A DNA stretch of 63,986 nucleotides, filler included, from Sanchytrium tribonematis (GCA_018985235.1; 5 parts of 5 records of this genome joined end to end with filler, not necessarily neighbours in it), one strand, 5' to 3'. Positions 1 through 10,592 are shown, numbered from the whole stretch's first letter. The notes: generated by a model not told the origin, from the sequence alone. Made by a program: numbers and translations.

Positions 1-242
1 GTTTTCTTGCATCTTGATGAGAAGCTTTCAAGACTGAAATTTCATCAAGCAGTTTTTGCCTTTCAATTTCAAAAGAAAATATTTGTGGATTCAGAACCTT
101 TGGAACAGCCTTGAGATCTTTTAGCAGGCTGATAATGAGTTTGTCATGCGTTTGTTGATTATTTTCAAACCGATATTGCATTTTATTTGAGTCTAAATTT
201 TTATAAATATGTTGAATGTCATCTACGGGCAGATCATTTCCC

Positions 243-833
243 TCAATTTTTAACTCCAAGATGTTTTTCAAACCCCAAAGATTTCGATGTCAAAAGACCT
301 ACAATATTCCATCTCAAATCCATATATTTTAAAAAGTTATTACAATATAAAGACTCGCATAAAACTTTCGCGCCTTCGCTGGTTATTTGATTGTTTCTCA
401 AATCTATATATTTGACTTTGTTGTTTTTACATAACCCAAAACAAAACAATTTAAACTCATCTTCATATACTCCCAGATTATTTAATTCTAAAAGAAGATT
501 CTCTATTGAGCTATTTACGTTGAGCATGTCACCCAAATATTGGCAGGATTGTGCTTCCAAAAAATTACCTGACAAATTTAGCTTTTGCAACACATTATTA
601 CTTTTTAAAGAGCTACATAATATTTTGCACCCTTGGCTACCAATCTGCACATCTGAAAGATCTAGCTCTAATAACCATTCATCCATACAAAGTGCATGTG
701 AAATAGCTAAGATGTGAGGTTTCTCAGAGGGTCTTAAGGTAAGACTAGGCTCAGCTGGTATATCATGGGATGGAAACAATGATTTTTCATCTCTGGGCTT
801 CTTTGATGCGTATTTTTCGATAAATTTCAACAT
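243..833 (-). CDS. RNI-like leucine-rich repeat protein, LRRC45-like; frame appears to continue through two +1 frameshifts to the window edge
   Basis: RNI-type LRRs (LQKLNLSGNFL, LLLELNNLG, IDLRNNQIT, MDLRWNIVGLL). The +1 frame continues ILELKIEGNDLP, and a further +1 frame is coiled-coil-like down to position 1. Confidence 0.65.
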   Translation of the reverse strand: MLKFIEKYASKKPRDEKSLFPSHDIPAEPSLTLRPSEKPHILAISHALCMDEWLLELDLSDVQIGSQGCKILCSSLKSNNVLQKLNLSGNFLEAQSCQYLGDMLNVNSSIENLLLELNNLGVYEDEFKLFCFGLCKNNKVKYIDLRNNQITSEGAKVLCESLYCNNFLKYMDLRWNIVGLLTSKSLGFEKHLGVKN

Positions 834-886
834 TTTAAAAATTGGTTTCAGTTAAAGCTGATCATTACAAATCATTTAAAACAAGG

Positions 887-1372
887 ATGATCTCGCCATT
901 AAAAGCTTGGAATTCGCTATCTTTTCTTCCTTACTTTCTCAAAAATTTCATATTTGTTCGACTCATTCGATATGCAAATCCTTACTCTAGTACCCTACGA
1001 TTGAAAGTCCGTCTTTACGAAGAAGGCCTTTGCATGTTGGAATTACAGGAAAAAAGAGCAATTAGAAACCCATTTAATTCAATCCATGCAGCAGCTCTTG
1101 TGCTATTTGGGGAAACAGCGGGTGGTTTGAGCATGTTGACTGTTTTGAGGCCTAATGAAAGATTTATTGTGAAGTCTCTAACCGCCACTTATTTTGCAAA
1201 ATCAAGAGAAACTATTCTGGCAACAGCAAAAGTGGATATGGATGCACTAGAAAAGTTGCGCTCAAATAAAGAAAAAGGTAACTTGCCAATGGACGTAGAA
1301 ATTCATCAAAATACCGGTAAAACCAAATTGGCATCTATTAAGGTAGACTTCTACGTCGACTGTACACGTTGA
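887..1372 (+). CDS. Hotdog-fold thioesterase-like protein (DUF4442/PaaI-like)
   Basis: NPFNSIHAAALVLFGETAGG hotdog motif; first ATG at 887; TGAATAAA at the end. Confidence 0.75.
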   Translation: MISPLKAWNSLSFLPYFLKNFIFVRLIRYANPYSSTLRLKVRLYEEGLCMLELQEKRAIRNPFNSIHAAALVLFGETAGGLSMLTVLRPNERFIVKSLTATYFAKSRETILATAKVDMDALEKLRSNKEKGNLPMDVEIHQNTGKTKLASIKVDFYVDCTR

Positions 1373-1418
1373 ATAAACAATTCGAATCTATTAGCATATC
1401 AATTTTCCAGGAGTAAGC

Positions 1419-2927
1419 ATGACAATTTTCAGACAAAAGCTTCTACTCACGAGTAGAGGTCCATCGTTGCAGGATTTCATTACTAGAAATAATCTAAAGT
1501 CTAGTCCATCAGATTTTATCACAAATGGGAATCAAACATATTACATAAAGACCTACGGGTGTCAGATGAATGAAAACGACACAGAAGTTTTTAACTCTAT
1601 TATGAAGTCAAATAGATACCAGCGAGTTGAACAAATGGACAATGCAGATTATATTTTCCTCATGACATGCGCTATAAGGGAGAATGCAGAATCTAAGATT
1701 TGGCAAAAAATTCAAGGATTGAAGAAGCAAAAAAAGAAAATAGGCATATTAGGTTGCATGGCAGAAAACGTGAAAGAAAAATTATTAAAAGAAGTCGATA
1801 TAATAGCAGGTCCAGACGCTTACAAAAGCGTACCAACATTGATTGCTGCACTTGAAATGAATCCGGCTGTGACAGGTATTGGAAATGTGCAATTAAGTGC
1901 AGAAGAAACGTATGCGGACATTACACCCTTAAGGAGAGATAAATCTTCCACCTCTGCATACATTAGCATAATACGGGGATGCAATAATATGTGCTCATTT
2001 TGCATAGTTCCGTTCACTCGAGGAATTGAAAGGTCTCGACCAAGTCAATCAATTATTGATGAAGTTAAAAGACTAAGAGATGAAGGAATCAAAGAAATTA
2101 CATTATTAGGACAAAATGTCAATTCGTATATTGATACAACTGAGAAGTCAAATCGGTCACATATAATGTCTGGTGGATTTAGAAGCATCTACAGCCCAAA
2201 ACCAGGCTATAGATTTTTTGATCTTTTAGATGAGGCCTCGAGGGCGGCACCATCTATCAGGTTTAGATTCACATCGCCACACCCCAAGGATTTTCCAATG
2301 GATTTACTTCATTTGATTAAAGAGCGTAATAATATTTGCAAAAATATACACTTGCCTTTACAGTCTGGATCCACATCAATCTTGAAAGACATGCGTCGTT
2401 TTTATTCTAAAGAATCGTATTTAGATTTAGCAGATACTATTCGGAAATTAATGCCCGATTGCAGCATTTCCACAGATATAATTGTTGGTTTTTGTGGAGA
2501 ATCAGACTCAAATTTTAATGATACCTTGGAGGTTGTAGAGAAAGTCAAATTTGAGTCTGCTTATATGTTCATTTACTCAATGCGACCCAAGACTCATGCT
2601 TATCACAAATTTACAGATAACGTATCAGAAGAAGTTAAAAAAGAAAGATTACAACGACTTGTTCAATTGCATCATAAAAATGCAAAATATAGTCTATCCA
2701 GATTTGTTGGGAAGCAACAGCAAGTAATTGTAGAAGGAGAAGGCAGAAAACCAAATCAATACAAAGGTCGCACTGATCTCAACATCAGTACTCATTTTTA
2801 TTCTTCCAAACCTATTGCCACTGGAACTATGCTTGCAGTTCGAATTACTGGAAATAGCAGTGTCAGTTTCGATTCTGAAATCGTAAATTTAAAAAAGGAG
2901 ACAAGCGAGTTCGCGATTTTTCCTTAA
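1419..2927 (+). CDS. CDK5RAP1: Mitochondrial tRNA methylthiotransferase (MiaB/CDK5RAP1 family, radical SAM)
   Basis: TYGCQMNENDTE, TCAIRENAE, RGCNNMCSFCIVP (CxxxCxxC), RFTSPHPKD and a C-terminal TRAM-like region. Confidence 0.93.
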   Translation: MTIFRQKLLLTSRGPSLQDFITRNNLKSSPSDFITNGNQTYYIKTYGCQMNENDTEVFNSIMKSNRYQRVEQMDNADYIFLMTCAIRENAESKIWQKIQGLKKQKKKIGILGCMAENVKEKLLKEVDIIAGPDAYKSVPTLIAALEMNPAVTGIGNVQLSAEETYADITPLRRDKSSTSAYISIIRGCNNMCSFCIVPFTRGIERSRPSQSIIDEVKRLRDEGIKEITLLGQNVNSYIDTTEKSNRSHIMSGGFRSIYSPKPGYRFFDLLDEASRAAPSIRFRFTSPHPKDFPMDLLHLIKERNNICKNIHLPLQSGSTSILKDMRRFYSKESYLDLADTIRKLMPDCSISTDIIVGFCGESDSNFNDTLEVVEKVKFESAYMFIYSMRPKTHAYHKFTDNVSEEVKKERLQRLVQLHHKNAKYSLSRFVGKQQQVIVEGEGRKPNQYKGRTDLNISTHFYSSKPIATGTMLAVRITGNSSVSFDSEIVNLKKETSEFAIFP

Positions 2928-2983
2928 ATATCATATATTTGAATTATTTGACTGCGCGTGAACTAATAAATAGTAAGAGTTTA

Positions 2984-3547
2984 TTACAATATGACACATT
3001 TACAGCCTTGGTCAGGTTTTTTGGCTTTGACTGGAGCTACATTTGCCGCTATTATTAATTTTGAGATTTGCTCAAATACATTAGATACATTATTATTTTG
3101 TTTCGCAGATGTAAGTTGATGCGTTACTTTCATGTCACGCAGGAGCTCTTCCAAGTCTTTGTCTTCAATTTCATTTTCCAAGTCACTTTTATTACCAACC
3201 AGAATGCAAGGAAAATTTTTTGATTCTCTTACTCTTTCAATGTGCTGATAAATTTGTTCAGTTTCGTTAAATGTTTTGGTTGAGGTGACATCATAAACCA
3301 ACAGGAACCCCTGGGCATGCTTGTAATAATTATCTCTGATAGCTGAGAATGCTTCTTGGCCAGCGGTGTCCAGTATTTCTAAAGTATATGTAATTCCATC
3401 AATGAGATGCGTTTTCTTGTAAGAGTCAGCCTTTGTAGGGTCATACCTTTCTGGAAACTCATCGTATACAAATCTAAGTACCAGGGAAGATTTCCCTACG
3501 CTTCCCACCCCCACCATAACAATTTTTAAAGTTGTTGGAGTTGACAT
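2984..3547 (-). CDS. RAL: Ras-family small GTPase, Ral-like
   Basis: GVGSVGKS, Ral-type effector loop YDPTKADSY, DTAGQE, NKSD, SAK and C-terminal CaaX (CVIL). Confidence 0.85.
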   Translation of the reverse strand: MSTPTTLKIVMVGVGSVGKSSLVLRFVYDEFPERYDPTKADSYKKTHLIDGITYTLEILDTAGQEAFSAIRDNYYKHAQGFLLVYDVTSTKTFNETEQIYQHIERVRESKNFPCILVGNKSDLENEIEDKDLEELLRDMKVTHQLTSAKQNNNVSNVFEQISKLIIAANVAPVKAKKPDQGCKCVIL

Positions 3548-3743
3548 ATGACCTACAAATTTTCAAGCCCATTTCTATAAAATAGAATTTACAAATTAGA
3601 GACAGAAACATTTGTTTTAAAGACTAGTATCATCAGAAACAGATCCATGCTTTAAGTTAATCTGAAATTTATTGAAAAGTGAGTTTTAGAATCAAAGACA
3701 CAGCACTTGACTAAATAATTATTTTTAAATTATTGCAGCAGCA

Positions 3744-3831
3744 AGTCTTTTTGTCGATGAAAATCTATTTTACACTCTAAACTTATAAAATAGCTGCTAA
3801 TCTCCACCAGAGCCCCACTTATCTGAAGATT
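3744..3831 (+). ncRNA. Candidate box C/D snoRNA
   Basis: Terminal stem AGTCT 3744-48 / AGATT 3827-31; box C-like TCGATGA 3754-60; box D CTGA 3823-26; preceding guide GCCCCACTTAT is complementary to the conserved LSU rRNA motif AUAAGUGGG. Confidence 0.5.
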
Positions 3832-3873
3832 GAATTTGTTTTCAAAATCTGTTTCAAACAGCCAAGCCATTTT

Positions 3874-5016
3874 ATGAGTCAATCCATAATACCTCAACAA
3901 ATTCAAATAGGCGATGTAGTCTCATTCTTAAGCAAAAACAAATACAATAATACATTGGATATTCTTAAAACTGAAAGTGGGAATGCAGTCATGACAGATT
4001 CACTCCATTTGAAATATTTAAAATTAAAAGATGATTATAGAAGATTATTAGGTGTTACTAGGCATTTAGCCGATTGTATAAATGAGTTAGATGATAAGCC
4101 ATTAGAAATATCGAATTTAGTGAATATATTAACTTCAATGGATGTAAGCTCAAATTCTTCGACAAGAAAAAACTCTGGGTTCCTGGATAATAAGCCAGAT
4201 AAAATTAGCACATCTGGCATGAAAAGAAATGCTCCACCAGTTGATAGTGCTAAAATGATAAGTCCTATGCAGAGACAAGAAAGTATTATCCCAAGTCCTG
4301 ACAAGCTACAACTTAAAACTGTAATGGAATATTGCAAGGCACCAAAATTGGATGATCAAAGTGTAACAAAAGTCGTAGATTATCTTTCGGAAACCCACTC
4401 GTGGTCAATAACAGATATGAAGATGGTCCTTGCAATTGGGAGATACGGATTAGCAAGATCGAAATTAGAGCCAGTTTTGATTCTTGACTCTATGGCTAAG
4501 CTAATATCTTCTAAACCATATGTGAAGACCATGGCACTCAAATCTTTGTCATACTTGTCTTTGGATAATCGATTTGCGCAAGATATTGCACTTCGTCAAA
4601 TGTTGGATAAAAAGAGTTTCCTGTTTTACACGCAAGAAAACGAAGACGTTTCTGGACTTGCTTACTTGCTATTAAATTTAAGTGAGAGGACGTCTTACCT
4701 AATTGATTTCCCAGAACTCGCAATTAATTACCTAATGGATATTTTTGAATTCGGAAGCGAAAGGACCAGAGCGGTAGGACTGGTGATAGTGCATAATATT
4801 GCTTTTGATAACACTACCAGATTTTTACTCTCCAAGATCCAGATTGATGACGTGTTTACACGTATTGCATCTCCAAAATTAAATACAGCAATTGATTTTG
4901 TGCGGTTAAAATTAACTGATCCTAATGCAAAATTTCATGAGATCCTCGACAAAGATGATACTTTTGATCTAGACCCAAACCTGGTAGAGGACTTGGAACT
5001 ATTTATAGCCCAATAA
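3874..5016 (+). CDS. LisH plus armadillo-like protein, ARMC9-like (shortened)
   Basis: LisH-like VSFLSKNKYNNTLDILKTE; LKDDYRRLLGVTRHLADCI resembles the ARMC9 segment LQADYHNLIGVTAELVDSL; helical ARM-like C-terminal half. Confidence 0.55.
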   Translation: MSQSIIPQQIQIGDVVSFLSKNKYNNTLDILKTESGNAVMTDSLHLKYLKLKDDYRRLLGVTRHLADCINELDDKPLEISNLVNILTSMDVSSNSSTRKNSGFLDNKPDKISTSGMKRNAPPVDSAKMISPMQRQESIIPSPDKLQLKTVMEYCKAPKLDDQSVTKVVDYLSETHSWSITDMKMVLAIGRYGLARSKLEPVLILDSMAKLISSKPYVKTMALKSLSYLSLDNRFAQDIALRQMLDKKSFLFYTQENEDVSGLAYLLLNLSERTSYLIDFPELAINYLMDIFEFGSERTRAVGLVIVHNIAFDNTTRFLLSKIQIDDVFTRIASPKLNTAIDFVRLKLTDPNAKFHEILDKDDTFDLDPNLVEDLELFIAQ

Positions 5017-5046
5017 ATACTTTTTTGAAACTATTCTATTGCAATC

Positions 5047-6162
5047 ATGTTCTATCGATTATTAAATAAAATAATAATGGAAATCGAGCACTATAGGCCT
5101 TACGTTGAAGACTGCCTAATAGACCATGGATTATATACAGATAGAGCTGTTAAGACGACACTTTGGCTGTCTAATCGTTTTTTTTTCAAAATTGATCAAA
5201 AGATAGAGCATGAAATCGACAACAAAAAGATGCTAGCCACATCTGCGCCAGACGAAATTTCTAGAAATGAATACTATTTTGGTTCCTCAGCTTTCTCGTT
5301 GCAATTTTTTGAATTAATTCTAGGAGATTGGCTTAAATTTGGTTGTTGTTATTTTTATGACCATTGGGAAAATTGCACAGACTCAACAAATATTGACAGC
5401 TCCATAGATTTATCTACGGCGGAAGAAAACATGATGGACATTTATTGTGATAGAGCGATGCTGGAGGACGATATGTCAGTTTTACTTATCAACGCTGAAA
5501 ATGGGGCTTTTGCTTTATATGTTGCACAACAATATCCAGGTTCGACTATTACGGCTGTTTGCACAAAAAATGACCAAGTAAATCATATCAACGAAAAGTC
5601 AAAATTACTGGGTATCGACAACATATCATGTGTTCAGGGAGATTGGCAACAACTGTGCATGGTATACGCTACTGGATTCAGCGAAAAGTTTGACAGAGTA
5701 ATCAGTATTGGAGCGCTTAAGTTTGCTCACAATTGGCACGATCTGACTGAGTTGCTTTTGAGCTTCTTAAATCGCAATGGAAAATTCGGTCAACCATTTG
5801 CGTTTATTGAAGAAGCCACCACTTCTTCTATAATAGAGGATAAATTTGGGCCCTCATTTTCTGATAGATATTTTGGCAATGAAGGCAAGTTTACCCATGA
5901 TTTTCCAAATTTTGTAGAAGGCGTTTCTGTCGATGACTCTTGGGTGATTAATGGCAAGCATTGGCAAAGAACAGCAGATCTCTGGCTGAAAAATATTGAC
6001 GATTCAAAGAAGGAGGTAATTCAGCTTCTTGAAAAGAAATTAGGAATCGAGGAAGCAATCATAGCTTATAATCGTTGGAGAGTTTACTTTCTTGTAACAT
6101 CGGAAAAATTCGGTCTGGAGGGTGGTAGCAGATATGTGGTGTCACAATATCGAATCTATTGA
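5047..6162 (+). CDS. SAM-dependent methyltransferase, CFA synthase / coclaurine N-methyltransferase-like
   Basis: FFELILGDWLKFGCCYF, LSTAEENMMDIYCDRA, FDRVISIG, WVINGKHWQRTADLW, RWRVYF; motif I is degenerate. Start could be 5077. Confidence 0.8.
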   Translation: MFYRLLNKIIMEIEHYRPYVEDCLIDHGLYTDRAVKTTLWLSNRFFFKIDQKIEHEIDNKKMLATSAPDEISRNEYYFGSSAFSLQFFELILGDWLKFGCCYFYDHWENCTDSTNIDSSIDLSTAEENMMDIYCDRAMLEDDMSVLLINAENGAFALYVAQQYPGSTITAVCTKNDQVNHINEKSKLLGIDNISCVQGDWQQLCMVYATGFSEKFDRVISIGALKFAHNWHDLTELLLSFLNRNGKFGQPFAFIEEATTSSIIEDKFGPSFSDRYFGNEGKFTHDFPNFVEGVSVDDSWVINGKHWQRTADLWLKNIDDSKKEVIQLLEKKLGIEEAIIAYNRWRVYFLVTSEKFGLEGGSRYVVSQYRIY

Positions 6163-6396
6163 TATAATAAATAAAACCAACGATTAACATCAATTAAATC
6201 AATTTTAAAATTATTCCTCTGTATTGTGGCCAACAAGTCCCTAGTTTTTTTAATTTTCATTTTCTACTGGGCATTTCTTAAAAAATATCTTGCTTACAAA
6301 ACGAATTAATTGTGATTCGCCAGAAATGACACAATGGAGCACATGTAAATTTGTACAACCTGGAGAACAATAAAAACAACCATTAGAAGTCTATTC

Positions 6397-7317
6397 ATGT
6401 TATTGTCAATTATTTCTGCTTACGACGCATTCTTCAATAGCAAATATTATGACCAGGCGAAATGCACAACCTTCCTTAAGAATCAATTGGATTTGATTGA
6501 CGGCGAATGTGATTTAAAATGTTCGCTTAAATGTACCTCAGCCTTTAAGCGCGCAATTTCATTTACAAAATCATTTCCATCTCAGTGCAAGGTTCCCGCA
6601 CTTGATCCTTCTCAAGACTTACCTAATTCTGGGGAAACGGCGAAAGCCTTAATTGCTACAATATTATACTCAGAATCAGTCTATTCTGCCGTGTGTAGTA
6701 AAAGAACAAATCCTGCACTTGAGTCGTCAAAAATTATCCATACCATTATCACCGAATCTCTCATTGCAAATTCTGATAAGTGGAGCACTTCTTTAGACTT
6801 TACAGACCCCATCGAAAAGAGACTTATAAAGTTATTTAAACACTTGGAGATTAAATATAGCAGCAATGAAGCAAAGGCGCGTTTTCTAACTATAATTGCA
6901 AAGCACAATCAAGTTGAATTAGACTTAAGCAAAAATTTAACAGCCATTTTGTCTCCCAAGCAAGTTTACAGCTCTTTTGTCATAAAACCTATTCTGTCAG
7001 CTTCTATTACTCGAAAGTTAGATCAAGTACTAAATGACACCGCAACTGCTAAAATTTCAAGTCATGACATGGCTGACAATACAGCTTCTTCCGCTTCATC
7101 TGACCAGGCTATCCTGAATGATTCATCTGCGGATGCAGTGGATTCTCTACGCAATACAGATCTAAGCCCTGATTCTTCGGATACACAATCTAACACAGAA
7201 CCACTTGGTTCAAGTTTCTCCTCGAAGTTGAAAAGTAGTGGATTAGAGGGTCTGCATAAACAAGTTGAGGATCCAACACCATTTCAACCCTTACAGAACG
7301 TTTTGAATTTAAAATAA
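6397..7317 (+). CDS. Hypothetical protein, probably secreted (Cys-containing N-terminus, Ser/Asp-rich tail)
   Basis: 306-aa ORF with short hydrophobic start MLLSIISA; stop lies inside AATAAA. Confidence 0.7.
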   Translation: MLLSIISAYDAFFNSKYYDQAKCTTFLKNQLDLIDGECDLKCSLKCTSAFKRAISFTKSFPSQCKVPALDPSQDLPNSGETAKALIATILYSESVYSAVCSKRTNPALESSKIIHTIITESLIANSDKWSTSLDFTDPIEKRLIKLFKHLEIKYSSNEAKARFLTIIAKHNQVELDLSKNLTAILSPKQVYSSFVIKPILSASITRKLDQVLNDTATAKISSHDMADNTASSASSDQAILNDSSADAVDSLRNTDLSPDSSDTQSNTEPLGSSFSSKLKSSGLEGLHKQVEDPTPFQPLQNVLNLK

Positions 7318-7337
7318 AATGAATTTATTAATTTAAA

Positions 7338-9675
7338 TTAGGAGGCTTTGATAGCCGCACTTTCGATTTTTTTCTGCTCCCAATATTGCCTATTTTGATT
7401 CAATTGGTCTATGACAAAGGGTATTGGGCAAAAATTATGAAATGCTTGAAATAAGGGATTAACGATGAAATCTATAAATCCAATTTGTGAACCAATTACA
7501 TTAAGTTTCTCACGGTCCTACGTAAAAAATATATACCATATATGGAGATATATCGAGGCCCAGTTCTTTTTCCTCGTCACCTTGAAGCATCCATTCGTCA
7601 AGAACTAGTTTATACCATTTTTCATATAAATTAAAAGATTTGGTTGCGTTTGAAATGTCCGCAATTTTAATAATTATTCTAGATAACAATAAAACGTCTT
7701 CTCTTACTTCAGGATCCAATTCTTTTTCTGAATTTATCCGATTTTTAAAGAATGTAAGCAATGCCATGTGCTGAACCATATCTGTTGCCAAAACCATATC
7801 AACCACAAGTTCACGAAATTGTTTTGCTTCGGGCTTTGTAAAATGAGAGATAAAATTAGATTCGTCTTTCTTTAATAATCTGAATGCGGTGGAGACATGG
7901 TGATTTTCCAAAACGGCACGATCGTTGTAAAGAACTGCTCTCGAGTCTTGAGTATTGATTAGAAAATTATTAGTTCTACCTGGATGATCCAAATCATGCA
8001 CAGCTGCAGCAAATATGCAAGCCAATAAATCTATATCTCTGTAAAACCGATTTGCATTTGGAAGCTGTAAAAAGTAACTCAGCGTCTGAACTACGTCTGC
8101 GGCATGAGTCGAACTGTGATATGGATTTGAGTGGTAGCCATTTTCCACTGCTGTAAAGAAATTGACACATTTTTCCTCATTGATGTTTAATTTTCTAAAC
8201 AAGTCAAACTTTGTCAAAAGAAAGTAAACTACATGTGCCAACGGACCTCCGGTGGACTGCGCAAAGTCAAATATTGGAAAATTGTAATCAGAAATTATAT
8301 CTTGGAAAGAAACAACGTCCTTCGTAAATCTCAAGGTTCCGTGAAATACAGTGTTTGCCCTTGTCTCAACCTTAAATTGATTTTCAATAATGGCTGGATT
8401 TTTTGGCGGAACAGATTTTCTCCGACTCTGCAATAGTGCAGTACTTGATCCTCCTTCCTTCTTCCTTTTAGAAATCAACGAAAACAGCCAGGCTTCTTGC
8501 TCGTTATCCATCAACTTATTAGTTTCTAATTCAGGAGAAAGTAAATTGCTGGTTTGTAGCAGCTGCAATGCCTGAGCAAGCGTGTTCATTTGTGCACCAC
8601 TTAAACTTGGATCTGCTAACACGCTTTGAAGCATTAATAATGCTTTTTCCAAAGGTGTATTTAGAGTAGCAGCATTGTCCCCAAATTTTCTTTGTAAATT
8701 TTTCAATTGCTGATATAATTTTTTGTTGGTTCTTTGCAGCTGAAGTGCGTGGAAAAATTGGGATCTGGTGAAATATTCATTCTCGTAAGAACTAAAGCAA
8801 ACTTCTACAGATATGGCAAATAAAGAAAAGATGCTCACTAAAAGAGCACCAAACTGTGGCTGCACACTGTCATCACTAGTAACAACTGGAAAATTTATCC
8901 ATGATAATACTGAAAATGCAATAAAAAACGAATTTAAGATCGCAATTGATACCAAGGTATAAATGAATCGAAGTTTTAAAAATACATGTGCCGGAAACAC
9001 CACTGCAGCGCAAATCAACGTAATGATATAGTAGGGTGTCTTTGGCTCTAGAATGTAAAACCTTAGCAGAACTGTTATTACTAAGCCATTTGTCAAAAGT
9101 AGCGCACTTAGCAGATGCACATACTTTGCCAGTGTCTTTCTATCCAAATAATAGCTCAAAGCAAAAGTAATGGCTAAGGGCAGCCAAGTTCCGAGTAAAA
9201 AAATCACCAGCTCGATGCTAGATTCGTAAAATGTTGTGCATCCAGAGTCATACGGACATTCCAAACAAAACATCCCTGAAGGACATTTTGTTTTTAAATA
9301 AGTCGTCAAACTATTAAATGTAGAATAATCGTGTTGATTGTTTCTGTATAGATCTATGTAATGATCTCTATCGTGTGGCGTTTTCACCATGCTATATAGA
9401 GCCAAGAAACAAGAGATAATCGCCACAAAAACCATACTTAATCTCCATTTCCACAAATGCTTATCCAGAAAATATTGCTGGTAATCTTGTTCAAATGTCC
9501 CATCAAAGAATGTGAGGGTGATGGGCTTCATTTTAGTTTTAGTAGCTTCTTTTTGGAACATACTACTCATATCATTTCGTGAATAAATTAAATCTGGACG
9601 CGTAGGACCATCCATGGATTGACTAGGTTGCTGGGAATTTTGTAATGATTGATGTTGACTTTGACTACTGGACAT
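7338..9675 (-). CDS. Multi-pass membrane class I cyclic-nucleotide phosphodiesterase (exons 9675-7537, 7517-7338)
   Basis: YHSSTHAADV, HDLDHPGRTNNFL, LENHH, ATDM, ADISN. Removing a 19-nt intron restores SPYMDRE...SQIGFIDFIV. About 6 TM segments in the N-terminal half. Confidence 0.92.
7518..7536 (-). other. 19-nt spliceosomal intron
   Basis: GTATATATTTTTTACGTAG; removal restores the PDE motif SPYM|DREK. Confidence 0.92.
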
Positions 9676-9794
9676 GAATCAAGCCACAAATTTTGACCGA
9701 CCAAAAAATCAGATTTTTTTAAAAAATCGAAAAAATTTTTAAGGAAAGGATCAAGAACTCATCATTACATAATCGACATAATTTATTGGTGGGT

Positions 9795-10325
9795 TTATTG
9801 TACACTTTTCTTGATATGATTCTGCTGTGTATATTCTTCAATTACTTGAATAGCAGACTCCAGTAATTGCTGACGACTCTGTATATGACCACAAAGTGGC
9901 TGTAAGACCATTCTTAATTTTTCAAAGCTATCACTCAACTGCTTTCGGCGATTTCTTGCACTTGCAGCTCGAGTTTCTTTTTGTTGTTCGAATAATTCAT
10001 GTGAAGAATGACGACGATGATGAATGGATGGTGGATGAAGCTGATAATAAGAAGGAGAATAAACAGGGGACTCAGGAGGAAAATACCCGTCACAAGGACT
10101 TGTGAGGGGCGAGTTGTTAGTGGAAGGAGATTGCTGGTATTGAAATAATTCATCTAAAGGATCAACGTAATACATCTTTTGTTGTTGAGGCTGTTGGCTT
10201 GACGAACTGTTTTGGGATAATTGCAATTGTTGTTGATGTGGGTTCGGCAAATTATTTGGCGGATGATTTAATTGCTGTTGGGAATTGAAATTGGGAGCAA
10301 TCTGAATCTGGAGAGGCGGGTGCAT
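9795..10325 (-). CDS. bHLH transcription factor with Q/P/S-rich N-terminus
   Basis: RAASARNRRKQLSDSFEKLRMVL...SRQQLLESAIQVI. Confidence 0.8.
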   Translation of the reverse strand: MHPPLQIQIAPNFNSQQQLNHPPNNLPNPHQQQLQLSQNSSSSQQPQQQKMYYVDPLDELFQYQQSPSTNNSPLTSPCDGYFPPESPVYSPSYYQLHPPSIHHRRHSSHELFEQQKETRAASARNRRKQLSDSFEKLRMVLQPLCGHIQSRQQLLESAIQVIEEYTQQNHIKKSVQ

Positions 10326-10592
10326 TTGACTTTCGTTTCAAATTGGCCGTTGGTATTTTTTAATCAGCGACGTTCAAAACGTGATACCAAGTTGATTGGT
10401 AAGATTCCTCGAGTCACCAATCACATGACTCTGAGATCGTATTTTTAATTGATTGCCATAAAGACTTAAGAAAATATACTTGACTTTTGATTGTAAACTG
10501 ACTTGGGATTCATCGAATTTGCTATTAATGATTGAGCCAAGTAAACGACGTGCAATAAATTTAACTTTCAATTTTTTTCGAAACATTGCAAT

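Noticed and set aside
6217..6343. Long-range stem CTCTGTATTGTG/CACAATGGAG followed by ACA, a possible H/ACA-type RNA
   Set aside because: A single imperfect stem with no clear H box or second hairpin; insufficient without a covariance search.
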